Assembly (NCBI RefSeq): GCF_030682935.1
Contig: NZ_JAUXNA010000103.1
Location: forward strand, 5,409-69,408
Length of the DNA: 64,000 nt
Reading direction: 5' to 3'
DNA from: Polaromonas sp.
Lineage (GTDB): Bacteria; Pseudomonadota; Gammaproteobacteria; Burkholderiales; Burkholderiaceae_C
The position numbers and the translations under genes are program-made. Below the pieces are notes generated by a model. That model searched no databases. It worked only from the letters and a program-made list of their open reading frames with translations, and was not told the origin of the DNA. This document shows, one piece after another, positions 9,254 to 19,141 of the stretch. How positions within the stretch are numbered: the first letter of the stretch is position 1; each line of letters begins with the position of its first letter.

Positions 9254-9799
9254 TTACAGCACCTGAAACAGCTTCTGGCGCAGTTCCGGCAGGCGCTTGG
9301 CGCCAATGCCGATGGTGGCCATGGTATCGGCCCAGGCGGGGTAAACCCGGCGCAAGTCCTCGGCCGTTTTGGCGGCAAAGATGGACTGGATCAGGGTCAG
9401 GCGCATGTTCTGTCCGAACATGGTGTTGATGGTGTTGGTCATGAAATTGCGCGCCATCTCGGTATCCTTGGCGCTGCGCGTGGCAGCCTGGGGCAGGCCG
9501 GACAGCGCCGCTTCGCCTTCTGGCGCAGTTGCTTTTGTGCCCACCGGAACGGGTTTGGCGGCCGCCAGCGCCTCAATGCAGCCTTGCGCCAGCAACTGGC
9601 CCAGGATTTCGGCTGCATCATGGCCGGCCACAAAGGCCGCCAGCTCCTTGCCGCTGCGTTTTCCATCCACCAGCACCAGCACCCGGCGTGTCAGCGGCGG
9701 CAAGCCCAGCGCGCGGTCCTGGATTTCCTGAACGCCGGCTGCCGTCTTGGCAAAAGTGGCGGACGCAAGGTCGAGTGATACATCGGTCATGGAGGGCAT
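9254..9799 (-). CDS. Conserved hypothetical protein (winged-helix-like N-terminal domain)
   Basis: FAKTAAG.QEI..RA..L....RRVLVLVDGKRS pattern; start uncertain (9799 or 9790). Confidence 0.7.
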   Translation of the reverse strand: MPSMTDVSLDLASATFAKTAAGVQEIQDRALGLPPLTRRVLVLVDGKRSGKELAAFVAGHDAAEILGQLLAQGCIEALAAAKPVPVGTKATAPEGEAALSGLPQAATRSAKDTEMARNFMTNTINTMFGQNMRLTLIQSIFAAKTAEDLRRVYPAWADTMATIGIGAKRLPELRQKLFQVL

Positions 9800-9960
9800 C
9801 GGTTCAAGGGTGGTGGCATTGCAAGGGATCAATGAGGAGGCATTTTGCTCATTTTCATCTGCACCCGCAAGTCGGGTAAACACCCGCGACACCCCTCACG
9901 GCAGACCCGGCCTCTTCACGCCACAAAGGCCCGCACCGACGCTTTTCCCAGATCGGCGCG

Positions 9961-10908
9961 TCAGGCCGGCAGCGCCTGCTCCAGCGCGTCGATGAACATG
10001 GCCGCCACGTCAAACCCGGTCTGCTCAAAAATCTCCTGGAAGCAGGTCGGGCTGGTCACGTTGATCTCGGTGACACAGTCGCCAATCACGTCCACGCCCG
10101 CCAGCAGCAGGCCGCGCGCGGCCAGCACCGGGCCCAGGGCTTCGGCAATTTCAAAATCGCGCGTCGACAGGGGCTTGGCCACGCCCTTGCCGCCCGCCGC
10201 CAGATTGCCGCGCACTTCGCTGCCCTGCGGGATGCGCGCCAGGCAAAAAGGCACCGGCCGGCCGCCAATCACCAGCACGCGCTTGTCGCCGTCCGCAATC
10301 TCGGGCAGGAACTTCTGCACCATCAGGCTTTGCGCGCCGTGGCGGTTCAGCGTCTCGGTGATCGAGCCCAGGTTCAGGCCATCGGGGCCGACACGAAAAA
10401 TGCCCATGCCGCCCATGCCATCAAGCGGCTTGAGGATGATGTCCTGGTGCTCGGCATGAAAACGCTGGATGTCCTCGGCGTTGCGTGTCACCAGCGTGGG
10501 GCCAATGAACTGCGGAAACTCCATGATGGCGAGTTTTTCAGGGTGGTCGCGCAACGCGCGCGGCTTGTTGAACACCCGGGCGCCATCGCGCTCGGCCTGC
10601 TCCAGCAAGTGCGTGGCGTAGAAATACTCGCTGTCAAACGGCGGGTCCTTGCGCATCAAAACCGCGTCAAAGCCCTTCAAGGCCACCGCGCGCGACCCCT
10701 TGTCCTCGAACCAGTTCACCGCATCGCCGGTCAGCGTGATGTCGCGCACATGGGCCATCACGGCCGCGCCGCGCTGCCACATCAGATCCTGCGGCTCGCA
10801 GGCGCTGACGCGGTGGCCGCGCTTTTGCGCCTCACGCATCATGGCGAAGGTGGTGTCCTTGTATATCTTGAACGACTCAAGCGGATCGGCAATAAAAAGA
10901 ATGTTCAT
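9961..10908 (-). CDS. gshB: Glutathione synthetase
   Basis: KDTTFAMM, LMRKDPPFD, KPLDGMGG, RGNLAAGG, EINVTSPT; 315 aa. Confidence 0.96.
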   Translation of the reverse strand: MNILFIADPLESFKIYKDTTFAMMREAQKRGHRVSACEPQDLMWQRGAAVMAHVRDITLTGDAVNWFEDKGSRAVALKGFDAVLMRKDPPFDSEYFYATHLLEQAERDGARVFNKPRALRDHPEKLAIMEFPQFIGPTLVTRNAEDIQRFHAEHQDIILKPLDGMGGMGIFRVGPDGLNLGSITETLNRHGAQSLMVQKFLPEIADGDKRVLVIGGRPVPFCLARIPQGSEVRGNLAAGGKGVAKPLSTRDFEIAEALGPVLAARGLLLAGVDVIGDCVTEINVTSPTCFQEIFEQTGFDVAAMFIDALEQALPA

Positions 10909-11021
10909 GAATTTTTGAGGACTGATAAGTTTTGGTTGTTGGCGCCGGAACCGACAAGGGTGCGGGACGTGCATGCCCGTATTGTTGTACAAACAGCGCC
11001 GCCCCACCGGCGACCGCACCC

Positions 11022-11086
11022 CAAAAGGCCGATCCGGCCTCGGCTATTGCAACACTCGAGCGCTGGAAGCTATTGAATTCATAGCT
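11022..11086 (-). repeat. Dispersed 63-65 nt element, copy B
   Basis: AGCTATGAATTCAATAGCT-TCC-AGCGC...GGCC; its head is a perfect 17-bp inverted repeat of the copy A head. Confidence 0.6.
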
Positions 11087-11151
11087 TGTTTGGCTTTTCC
11101 AGGTTGGGCTGGCCGGGGGTAGCCCGGCAGCCCACCCAAGCCGCGTCAACG

Positions 11152-11216
11152 CACTATGAATTCAATAGCTACCTGCGACCATACTCATTGCGCCAGAGCC
11201 AAAAAAACACCTCAAA
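11152..11216 (+). repeat. Dispersed 63-65 nt element, copy A (contains the kup stop codon)
   Basis: CACTATGAATTCAATAGCT-ACC-TGCGA-N10-TGCGC-CAGA-GCC-AAAAAAA-CACC-TCAAA. Confidence 0.7.
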
Positions 11217-13080
11217 TTTCGATCTTGCTGCCCAGCTCCACCACCGAGTTGTTGGGCAGGTTCATGAAGTCCGCCGCACCGCTCGCGTTATGGTGCATCT
11301 GCGCAAACAGCTTTTCGCGCCAGGGCGCCATGCCGCTGCCAATCGTCGGGATCACGGTGTCGCGCGACAGGAAATAGCTGGTGGTCATGGGCTCCAGCTC
11401 GCAGCCCCGGCCCTTGATCTGCTGCAGGGCTTTGGGCAGGTCCAGATCGTTCTTGAACCCGTAGTTGATCGTGACCTGCCAGCAATCGTGGCCGAGCGCT
11501 TCGCTTTCGACGCGCTTGTCCATGCCAATCCACGGCACCGCGTGGTTGCGCACCGTCACAAACAGGTTCTGCTGGTGCAGCACCTTGTTGTGCTTGAGGT
11601 TGTGCAGCATCGCATTGGGCACGATGCCGGGTTCGGCGGTCAGGAAGACGGCCGTGCCTTCGACCCGCACGGGCGGACTGACGAACACGGCGTCCAGAAA
11701 ACTGGGCAGGTCGATGGCGTCGGCGCGCAGTTTTTCGTTGAGCAGGGCGCGGCCCTGCTTCCAGGTCATCATCAGCGTGAAGATGGCGCCGCCAATGACA
11801 AGCGGAAACCAACCACCCGCGAAGAGCTTCATCAGGTTGGAGGCAAAAAAGGCGAAATCGACGACGAAAAAGACGCTTGTGGCAGCCAGGCACAACCACA
11901 GCGGGTACTTCCAGTCGTAGCGAACCACATAGAAAGTCAAAATCGTGGTGATCAGCATGTCGGTGGTCACGGCGATGCCATAGGCCGCCGCCAGGTTGCT
12001 CGACGAGCGAAACATCAGCACGGCCAGGACGATGGTGACAAACAGGCCCCAGTTCACCAGCGGAATGTAGATCTGGCCGGTGTCGCGCACGCTGGTGTGC
12101 TGGATGTTCAGGCGCGGCAGGTAACCGAGCTGGATCACCTGCTTGGTCACGCTGAAAGCGCCCGAAATCAGCGCCTGCGAGGCGATCACCGTCGCCATGG
12201 TGGCAAGTAGCACCAGCGGCACCAGCGCCCATTCCGGGGCCATCAGGTAAAAAGGGTTGACGACGGCGGCCGGGTTGTTCAGCAGCAGCGCACCCTGGCC
12301 AAAATAGTTGAGGACCAGCGAGGGCATGACCACCGCGAACCAGGCCAGCCGGATCGGCTTTTTACCGAAGTGGCCCAAGTCGGCATACAGCGCCTCGGCG
12401 CCGGTCACGCACAGCACCACGGCGCCCAGGATGATGAAGGTCGTGCCCGGGTTGAACCACATGAACATCAGCGCGTAGTGCGGGCTCAGCGCCTTCAGGA
12501 TGGCGGGGTGGGTGATGATTTGCGCCACGCCCAGCAGCGCCAGCACGGCAAACCAGACCAGCGTGATGGGGCCGAAAAATTTACCGATGCCAGAAGTGCC
12601 GCGCTTTTGCACGGCAAACAGGGCGAACAGGATCAGCAGCGTGGCGGGAATCACATACTGCTTGAAGGCCGGCGAAATAACCTCCAGGCCCTCCACCGCC
12701 GACAGCACCGAAATCGCCGGGGTGATGACGCCGTCGCCATAAAACAGCGAGGTGCCAAAAATGCCAATGACCAGCAGCACGCGCCGCAGCTGCGGTTTGT
12801 CCTTGACCGCCTGCGAAGCCAGCGCCAGCATGGCGACCAACCCGCCTTCGCCATTGTTGTCGGCCCGCAGCACCAGCACCACGTACTTGATCGACACGAT
12901 GACGGTCAGCGTCCAGAAAAAGATGGACAGGATGCCGTAAACGTTGTCAGGGGTGAACGCCACGTGTCCTGAGCCAAAGACTTCCTTGACGGCATACAGC
13001 ACGCTGGTGCCGATGTCGCCGTAAACAATGCCGATGGCGCCCAGGGTGAGCGCCGCAAGTGATGATTTTTGAGTAGACAC
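11212..13080 (-). CDS. kup: Low-affinity potassium transporter Kup
   Basis: [58 protein letters not shown]. Confidence 0.96.
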   Translation of the reverse strand: MSTQKSSLAALTLGAIGIVYGDIGTSVLYAVKEVFGSGHVAFTPDNVYGILSIFFWTLTVIVSIKYVVLVLRADNNGEGGLVAMLALASQAVKDKPQLRRVLLVIGIFGTSLFYGDGVITPAISVLSAVEGLEVISPAFKQYVIPATLLILFALFAVQKRGTSGIGKFFGPITLVWFAVLALLGVAQIITHPAILKALSPHYALMFMWFNPGTTFIILGAVVLCVTGAEALYADLGHFGKKPIRLAWFAVVMPSLVLNYFGQGALLLNNPAAVVNPFYLMAPEWALVPLVLLATMATVIASQALISGAFSVTKQVIQLGYLPRLNIQHTSVRDTGQIYIPLVNWGLFVTIVLAVLMFRSSSNLAAAYGIAVTTDMLITTILTFYVVRYDWKYPLWLCLAATSVFFVVDFAFFASNLMKLFAGGWFPLVIGGAIFTLMMTWKQGRALLNEKLRADAIDLPSFLDAVFVSPPVRVEGTAVFLTAEPGIVPNAMLHNLKHNKVLHQQNLFVTVRNHAVPWIGMDKRVESEALGHDCWQVTINYGFKNDLDLPKALQQIKGRGCELEPMTTSYFLSRDTVIPTIGSGMAPWREKLFAQMHHNASGAADFMNLPNNSVVELGSKIEI

Positions 13081-13295
13081 AAAAAATTCCCGCTGTGACC
13101 AGGGTCAGGGACTGGCCCTGGCGGCGGGAAAGGTTACCTTAAGGAGCGCTATTTTGCACCTCGCCCCGCCTGAAGCAAATCGCAAGTAATATCTGAACGC
13201 AAGAATTCGGTATTTTGTTGCAATGCAACAACTTGGCACAGTCTGTGGCGCGGGCCTGCGCGTGCGCTGCACCGCACCGCCCACAAACCGCAATT

Positions 13296-13360
13296 TGCTA
13301 TTGTTTATATAGCTGCCAGCGCCCGCCGGATAAGCGTTTGACGCCAAAAATGGCCTAAAA
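13296..13360 (+). repeat. Dispersed 63-65 nt element, copy C
   Basis: TGCTATTGTTTATATAGCT-GCC-AGCGC-N10-AGCGT-TTGAC-GCC-AAAAAT-GGCC-TAAAA. Confidence 0.7.
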
Positions 13361-13385
13361 AAAAGACCCTTTTAGTCGCGTGGAT

Positions 13386-14681
13386 TTAGTCGTAGACCTC
13401 GGCATCCGGATCGGTCGCTTCGAGCTCGTAGCTGGCGGCCAGCATGGCCAGCCGGGCAATCACGCCATACATGTAGAAGCGGTTGGGGCTGCTGGAACCG
13501 GGTTTTTGACCCGGCTGCGGCAGCCGGCCGCTGTCGGCAAAGGCCAGCGGCACAAAGCTGGCGCCCGGGGCGTTGAGGTTTTCATCCACGCCGCGCTCGG
13601 CATGCACCCGGTAAAAACCGCCCACCACGTAGCGGTCCATCATGTAGACCACCGGCTCGGCCACCGCGTCGTTGACGCGCTCATTGGTCAGCACGCCTTC
13701 CTGGATGATGACTTCGGACAACGCCTGGCCACCCTTGGTGGTGCTCATCCTGTCTTTGGTCTGGCGGGTCAGCGCGTCCAGGTCTTTCACGTCGCGCACC
13801 GTCATGATGCCCATGCCGTGACTGCCGTTGTCGGCCTTGACCACCACAAAGGGTTTTTCGTTGATGCCGTATTCCTTGTATTTGCGCTTGATTTTGGACA
13901 GCAGCGCATCGACGTTGCTGGTCAGGCAATCCATGCCTGTGCCTTCGGCAAAGTTGACTTCGCCGCATTGCGCAAACATCGGGTTGATCAGCCAGGGGTC
14001 AATGCCCAGCAGCTTGCCAAAGCGTTTGGAGACTTCTTCGTAGGCCTTGAAATGGGTGGACTTGCGCCGCACCGTCCAACCGGCGTGCAGCGGCGGCAGC
14101 AGGTGCTGCTCGTGCAGGTCCTCCAGGATGCCCGGAATGCCGACCGACAGGTCGTTGTTGAGCAGGATGGTGCACGGGTCGAAGTCTTTGAGCCCCAGCC
14201 GCCGGTCGGTGCGGATCAACGGCTCTATCGTGATACTTTCGCCGGTCGGCAGGTTCAGCGTGGTGGGCGCCTTGATCTCGGCGCTGAGCGAGCCAAAGCG
14301 CACGTTCAGGCCGGCCTGGTGAAAAATGCGCTTGAGCTGGAGCACATTCGACCAGTAAAAGCTGTTGCGCGTCTCGTTTTCGGGCACCACGAGCAGGTTG
14401 CGCGCTTCGGGACAAATTTTCTCGATCGCAGCCATGGCGGCCTGCACCGCCAGCGGCAGCATCTCGGGCGTCAGGTTGTTCCAGCCGCCTGGAAACAGGT
14501 TGGTGTCCACCGGCGCCAGCTTGAAGCCGGCGTTGCGGATGTCGACCGAGCAGTAAAAGGGCGGCGTGTGCTCCATCCACTCCAGCCTGAACCAGCGCTC
14601 AATGGCGGGCGTGGTGTCGAGGATGCGTTGTTCGAGTTCGTTGATGGGGCCGGTCAGGGCGGTAATGAGATGCGGAACCAT
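13386..14681 (-). CDS. gshA: Glutamate--cysteine ligase (betaproteobacterial/Acidithiobacillus-type GshA)
   Basis: MVPHL, PPFYCSVDIRNAGFKLAPVDTNLFPGGWNNL, NLNAPG, PNRFY; close to gshB. Confidence 0.92.
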   Translation of the reverse strand: MVPHLITALTGPINELEQRILDTTPAIERWFRLEWMEHTPPFYCSVDIRNAGFKLAPVDTNLFPGGWNNLTPEMLPLAVQAAMAAIEKICPEARNLLVVPENETRNSFYWSNVLQLKRIFHQAGLNVRFGSLSAEIKAPTTLNLPTGESITIEPLIRTDRRLGLKDFDPCTILLNNDLSVGIPGILEDLHEQHLLPPLHAGWTVRRKSTHFKAYEEVSKRFGKLLGIDPWLINPMFAQCGEVNFAEGTGMDCLTSNVDALLSKIKRKYKEYGINEKPFVVVKADNGSHGMGIMTVRDVKDLDALTRQTKDRMSTTKGGQALSEVIIQEGVLTNERVNDAVAEPVVYMMDRYVVGGFYRVHAERGVDENLNAPGASFVPLAFADSGRLPQPGQKPGSSSPNRFYMYGVIARLAMLAASYELEATDPDAEVYD

Positions 14682-14701
14682 TGCGGCCACTTTCGGTAGG
14701 A

Positions 14702-14728
14702 AACAGTTGCTAACTGTTATTAACTGTT
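14702..14728. promoter_or_regulatory. Candidate operator upstream of gshA: three heptamers at 10-bp spacing
   Basis: AACAGTT (14702), AACTGTT (14712), AACTGTT (14722); the first two form a perfect 7-3-7 palindrome. Confidence 0.45.
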
Positions 14729-14815
14729 GTTATTGAACCCGGTCAATGCGGACCGAATTGAAGTGAAATGGGGGCTAGCGCGCCGGTTGCAAGGCATGCC
14801 TGGACCACCATTCGC

Positions 14816-16135
14816 TCAGGTGCGCACTTCACCCTGGCCCAGCACCACGTATTTGAGCGAGGTCAGGCCTTCAATGCCGACCGGCCCGCGCGCATGAAAC
14901 TTGTCGGTGCTGATGCCGATCTCAGCGCCCAATCCGAACTCGAAACCGTCCGCGAAGCGAGTGCTCGCATTCACCATCACGCTGGCCGAATCAACCTCGC
15001 GCAAAAACTGCTGGGCATGCATGTGGTCGCGCGTGAGGATGACGTCGGTGTGGTGGCTGGAGTAGTGGTTGATGTGCGCGATCGCCTCGTCAACGCCGCC
15101 CACCAGCTTGATGCTGATGACGGGCCCCAGGTATTCTTCGTACCAGTCCTGCTCGGTGGCGGGCTGGACATTTGCACCGGGAACCGCCTGCAGCATTGCC
15201 TGGGCCCCGGCATCGCAGCGCATTTCCACGCCCTTGGCCGCGTAAATCGCGCCGATTTTTGGCAAAAATTCCGCTGCGGCGGAACGCGCCACCAGCAGGC
15301 TCTCTAGCGCGTTACAGGGGCTGTATTTCTGGGTTTTGGCGTTGTCGGCAATTTTGACCGCCATGGCGATATCGCACGGGTCATCGACATAGACATGGCA
15401 GTTGCCGTCCAGGTGCTTGATGACCGGCACTTTGGCATCGCGGCTGATGCGCTCAATCAGGCCCTTGCCGCCGCGCGGAATGATCACGTCCACATACTGC
15501 GGCATGGCGATGAGATGACCGACAGCGTCGCGGTCGGTGGTGGGCACCAGTTGTACCGCGTCCGCGGGCAGGCCTGCCTCTGCCAGCGCCTGCTGCACCA
15601 GCGCGGCCAGCGCCTTGTTGGACTCGATGGCTTCCGAGCCGCCGCGCAAGATGCAGGCGTTGCCGCTCTTGATGGCCAGACTCGCCGCTTCAATCGTGAC
15701 ATTGGGCCGGCTCTCGTAAATCATGCCGAACACGCCAATGGGCACGCGCATCTGCCCCACGCGAATGCCGCTGGGCTGCTCTTTCATGCCGATGATTTCG
15801 CCAATCACGTCGGGCATGGCGGCCAGTTGCTCGCAGCCCAGGGCCACGGTTTCAATGTCTTTGGGGCTGAGCTTGAGCCGGTCCAGCAGCGGGCCGGCCA
15901 GTCCGGCAGCAGCGGCCCGTTCGAGGTCGCGCTGGTTGGCGGCTTCAAGCGCCACCAGGTTTTTCCGCAGCAGCGCCGCCAGCCCCCGGAGAGCTCTGTT
16001 TTTAATAGCTGCCGGTGCCCGCGCTGCTTGCGCAGAAGCCACTTTTGCATTGAAACCCATGGTCTCCATCAGGCTAGCAGTTGCAGAGACTTTGCTATCG
16101 TTAGCGGGCAGGTGTTGAAGGTCAGTCGCGTTCAT
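14816..16135 (-). CDS. proA: Gamma-glutamyl phosphate reductase
   Basis: [65 protein letters not shown]. Confidence 0.96.
   Translation of the reverse strand: MNATDLQHLPANDSKVSATASLMETMGFNAKVASAQAARAPAAIKNRALRGLAALLRKNLVALEAANQRDLERAAAAGLAGPLLDRLKLSPKDIETVALGCEQLAAMPDVIGEIIGMKEQPSGIRVGQMRVPIGVFGMIYESRPNVTIEAASLAIKSGNACILRGGSEAIESNKALAALVQQALAEAGLPADAVQLVPTTDRDAVGHLIAMPQYVDVIIPRGGKGLIERISRDAKVPVIKHLDGNCHVYVDDPCDIAMAVKIADNAKTQKYSPCNALESLLVARSAAAEFLPKIGAIYAAKGVEMRCDAGAQAMLQAVPGANVQPATEQDWYEEYLGPVISIKLVGGVDEAIAHINHYSSHHTDVILTRDHMHAQQFLREVDSASVMVNASTRFADGFEFGLGAEIGISTDKFHARGPVGIEGLTSLKYVVLGQGEVRT
15992..16055 (+). repeat. Dispersed 63-65 nt element, copy D, inside the proA coding sequence
   Basis: AGCTCTGTTTTTAATAGCT-GCC-GGTGC-N10-TGCGC-AGAA-GCC-ACTTTT-GCAT-TGAAA. 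Confidence 0.6.
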
Positions 16136-16746
16136 ACCCCTATTTTGCCCGCAATCGGGGGCTTCACGGCCGCAGCAGGCACACCCCGACGCTGCATCAT
16201 GTCTTCGCTCATCGCCTCGACTGCATCCGGCGACAGGGTGGCTTGGGCTGCGGGATAAGCCGTGTTATTTTCGTCATCGAGGTGTTGACGGTACAGGACG
16301 GCGAACTCCGTCAAGGCGCCGGTCTGGGCTGCGGTGAGCGGCGTCCAGCCGGACGCGGGACTTTCCGCCACGGCCAGCAGCGTGCGACGCGCCTCGGTCC
16401 AGGCTATTTCCATCTGACGGTGATCCTGCACCAGCCGCTGCACCAGCGCACGCAGTGCAACATCCGGCCCGGCCAGCAGCGGCGGAAACACATGCAGTTC
16501 CTCATCCTGGTGGTGCAACGGCGCGGCCAGGTCAAAGTAGCGCATCACGTCGCGTGCGGCCTGGCGGGCGGATTCATCGCAAGCCTTGTCCAGCAGGTGC
16601 TGCTGCAGGCGCGCCATCAGGGCCAGCATGCGCTCGACCCGCTCGTGGCAGGTGGCAAGCATCTCGAACGGTGCCTCAAAACCGGCGGCAGGCGCGCTGT
16701 GGCCGGGCAGCATCACCGGTCGTGTCGTTCGGGCAGGGCTGCTCAT
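16132..16746 (-). CDS. Hemerythrin (HHE) domain protein
   Basis: PFEML..CHERV, HHQDEE..VFP, L.QDH, Y.QH...EN...YP; stop overlaps the proA start. Confidence 0.85.
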   Translation of the reverse strand: MSSPARTTRPVMLPGHSAPAAGFEAPFEMLATCHERVERMLALMARLQQHLLDKACDESARQAARDVMRYFDLAAPLHHQDEELHVFPPLLAGPDVALRALVQRLVQDHRQMEIAWTEARRTLLAVAESPASGWTPLTAAQTGALTEFAVLYRQHLDDENNTAYPAAQATLSPDAVEAMSEDMMQRRGVPAAAVKPPIAGKIGV

Positions 16747-16747
16747 G

Positions 16748-17152
16748 TCAACCCATCTGGACGGCTTGGCCCTGCGGGTTGAAAGGAATGTAGGCGCCAT
16801 GTTCGCCGCGCTTGATGGCTTCAACCATGCGCTGCAGCGGCTCCTCGGCGTCTTCGGAGGTCGGCGCCCGGTTCACTGTGCCCGACATGGCGGCGGCAAA
16901 CACCATGCCCCAGTCGTGGCCGAACTGGCTGGACTCCGCGACCAGCGCGCCAAACGACGCCAGTTCGTCAGGCCGCTTGTCGACGCACATCAGCGGCACC
17001 AGTGCGCCGCCCTGGCCGGCCTCAAAGCGCTCGCGCTGCGCCGGGGTGCTGTCCTCGGGCAACTCGACGCCGGCAAACACAAACAGCAAACGCTGCGGCT
17101 CGGGCTGGGCCCGGGCTGCCTGCAACAGGTCGTCAAAACTTGAAATATCCAT
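16748..17152 (-). CDS. Conserved hypothetical protein (family often loosely labelled ribonucleotide reductase subunit alpha)
   Basis: ISSFDDLL.AAR.Q.EPQRLLFVF...GG.L.PLMCVDK; 134 aa, far too short for an RNR subunit. Confidence 0.75.
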   Translation of the reverse strand: MDISSFDDLLQAARAQPEPQRLLFVFAGVELPEDSTPAQRERFEAGQGGALVPLMCVDKRPDELASFGALVAESSQFGHDWGMVFAAAMSGTVNRAPTSEDAEEPLQRMVEAIKRGEHGAYIPFNPQGQAVQMG

Positions 17153-17163
17153 GGAAATACCCC

Positions 17164-17805
17164 TTAAAAAGCGTACGAAAAACCGGCGAGATCGCGCTCG
17201 GTCGCGGCCTCGCCGGGACCCGAAAGGCAAGTCACAAAATCACGTGGCACCGGGCGCGGGCGGGCCGGCCGGCGCGACTGCACCGTGCCGATACTGACAA
17301 AACACAGCGCGTGTTCACCGTCCGCCAGGCCAAACAACAGGCGCAGGCCGGCAGACTTCAGGGCCTTGCCGCTGGTCAGCGCCGAACCAAATCCCAGCGC
17401 GGTGGCCATGAGCAGCATGTTCTGCACTGCGCAGCCTGTGGAGACGATGCGCTCAAACAGGTCGATCTCCGCATCGCCGCGCTGGCCATCCACCACCACC
17501 AGCATGAGCAGCGGGGAACGCTGCGCTTTTTCACGCGCCTGCGCCAGCTGCTCGGAGGTGGCGCAGGCGTCACGCTCAATCAGCGCGGCGCCAAAGACAT
17601 CGGCCAGCCGGGGGCGTGCCGCCTGCGGCACCAGCACGAAGCGCCAGGGCAGCAGCTGGCCGTGATCGGGCGCCGTGGCCGCAGCCTCCAGAATCATGGC
17701 CAGCTGTTTTGCGTCAGGTCCGGGCGCGACCAGCCGCTTGGGCAAAATGGTTTGGCGCGACTGCATGAGCACCGCCGCCATGGCCGCCAGGTCGTTGTCG
17801 GTCAT
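17164..17805 (-). CDS. Nitroreductase family protein (YdjA-like)
   Basis: SRQ..PKRL..PGP, APDHGQLLPWRF, GCAVQNMLLMA.ALGFGS. Confidence 0.88.
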   Translation of the reverse strand: MTDNDLAAMAAVLMQSRQTILPKRLVAPGPDAKQLAMILEAAATAPDHGQLLPWRFVLVPQAARPRLADVFGAALIERDACATSEQLAQAREKAQRSPLLMLVVVDGQRGDAEIDLFERIVSTGCAVQNMLLMATALGFGSALTSGKALKSAGLRLLFGLADGEHALCFVSIGTVQSRRPARPRPVPRDFVTCLSGPGEAATERDLAGFSYAF

Positions 17806-17818
17806 CACACCGTCCACC

Positions 17819-19141
17819 TTAGCCGGCGCGTCCGTCGGCGCGCAGGCGGCCATACCAGCGGGCCATGCGCACGCCCCACACAGCCATGACGCCGGCCCAG
17901 AGCAGCGCGGCCGCCAGCAGCAGCCAGGCGCCCAACGCGCTCGGCGCGGCAGCCACAATGCGCAGCACGGTGGCCGCCTGCAACAGCCAGAACAGCGACC
18001 ACACGAGCTTGTCGGCCACCAGCGCACGCCCGCTGTGGCCACAGGACACGCGGGTGACCATGGCGAACATCAGCGACGCCAGACACCCCATGGTGAGGGC
18101 ATGCAGCGAGCCCAAGGGCAGCACGGGAGCCCCTTGCACCCAGCCCAGCAACTGCGAGGTGCCGCCCAGCACCAGCGCCAGACCGAACCAGAGAAAACCG
18201 ATGTGCAACATGGCCAGCAGGCGGTTCTTGAGGCTTTGCACCAGCCCCCAGACCACGGCGAGCCAGAGCAGCACGCCCCCCGCCGCCAGTTCAAGGATGC
18301 CGCGCGCCAGCATCCACACCGAACCCACGGTGCCCTGCAGCGGGCCGCCCAGTTCCACCCACACGGCGGCCACCTCCACGGCCGCTGCGCCCAGCATCAG
18401 CCACAACACCCAAAACGGGCGCCACGCGGCAATGAAGGGCATGGCGCTGGAGGTAAAAAACGGGATCATGCGGTGTGCCACCGACACGTACACCACCAGC
18501 ACAAACCCCCACAGGCCGGTGAGCACGCTGGCGCGGGCCACGGCGGGCGCCTCCAGCGCCACACTGGCCAGCAGGCCGGCCAGGCTCAGGCAACCCACGA
18601 GGCAGGCCACACCCACCGTGCGGGCGTGCAACTGGTCTGGCGCCTGGCTAAGACGGATCAGGCGCCAGAATCCCGCAGTCATCCACGCCAGGCCGGTCCA
18701 GGCCAGCACGAGCGCAACCTGCGCCAGCAGCGCATGCAGATGGGCCCCAGCCAGCCACAGCAGCCATCCCGTCGCCTGCAGCAGCAGCGGCGCCAGCAGT
18801 TGCCGGACCCCCAGCGGCGGCACGCCCAGCCACTTGGGACCGGCCGTGAACAGAAAACCCGAGAAAAACAGCGGGATAAACCCAAACGTCATCACCGCCG
18901 CATGCACCAGCGACGGCGACAGCGCGTACGGCAGCGCCAGCACGGCGCTGACCCGGTCTAGCTGCACCAGCGCCCACCAGGCGCCCGATGCCACCAACAG
19001 CCCCATGGCCAGAAAAAAACCCAGCCGATGCGGCGCCAGCAGCAGGTAGCGGGCGCGCCAGCGGCGGTCCAGCTTCGCCCGCTCCCCGGCGGAAGGCTTG
19101 CCCGGGCTCACCCGCGAAGGAAGGACGGGAAGCACGCTCAT
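17819..19141 (-). CDS. nnrS: NnrS family membrane protein
   Basis: About 12 TM segments, APHRLGFF, H...MTFGF, HRMIPFF, LHALTMG, TRVSCGHSGR; NO-related gene context. Confidence 0.8.
   Translation of the reverse strand: MSVLPVLPSRVSPGKPSAGERAKLDRRWRARYLLLAPHRLGFFLAMGLLVASGAWWALVQLDRVSAVLALPYALSPSLVHAAVMTFGFIPLFFSGFLFTAGPKWLGVPPLGVRQLLAPLLLQATGWLLWLAGAHLHALLAQVALVLAWTGLAWMTAGFWRLIRLSQAPDQLHARTVGVACLVGCLSLAGLLASVALEAPAVARASVLTGLWGFVLVVYVSVAHRMIPFFTSSAMPFIAAWRPFWVLWLMLGAAAVEVAAVWVELGGPLQGTVGSVWMLARGILELAAGGVLLWLAVVWGLVQSLKNRLLAMLHIGFLWFGLALVLGGTSQLLGWVQGAPVLPLGSLHALTMGCLASLMFAMVTRVSCGHSGRALVADKLVWSLFWLLQAATVLRIVAAAPSALGAWLLLAAALLWAGVMAVWGVRMARWYGRLRADGRAG

Noticed and set aside
11022-11216. Possible CRISPR or toxin-antitoxin RNA in the gshB-kup gap
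   Set aside because: Only two inverted copies, no repeat-spacer periodicity and no cas genes; explained by the dispersed element.
16748-17152. Calling this gene a ribonucleotide reductase subunit
   Set aside because: 134 aa with no RNR motifs; NrdJ here already includes its C-terminal domain.
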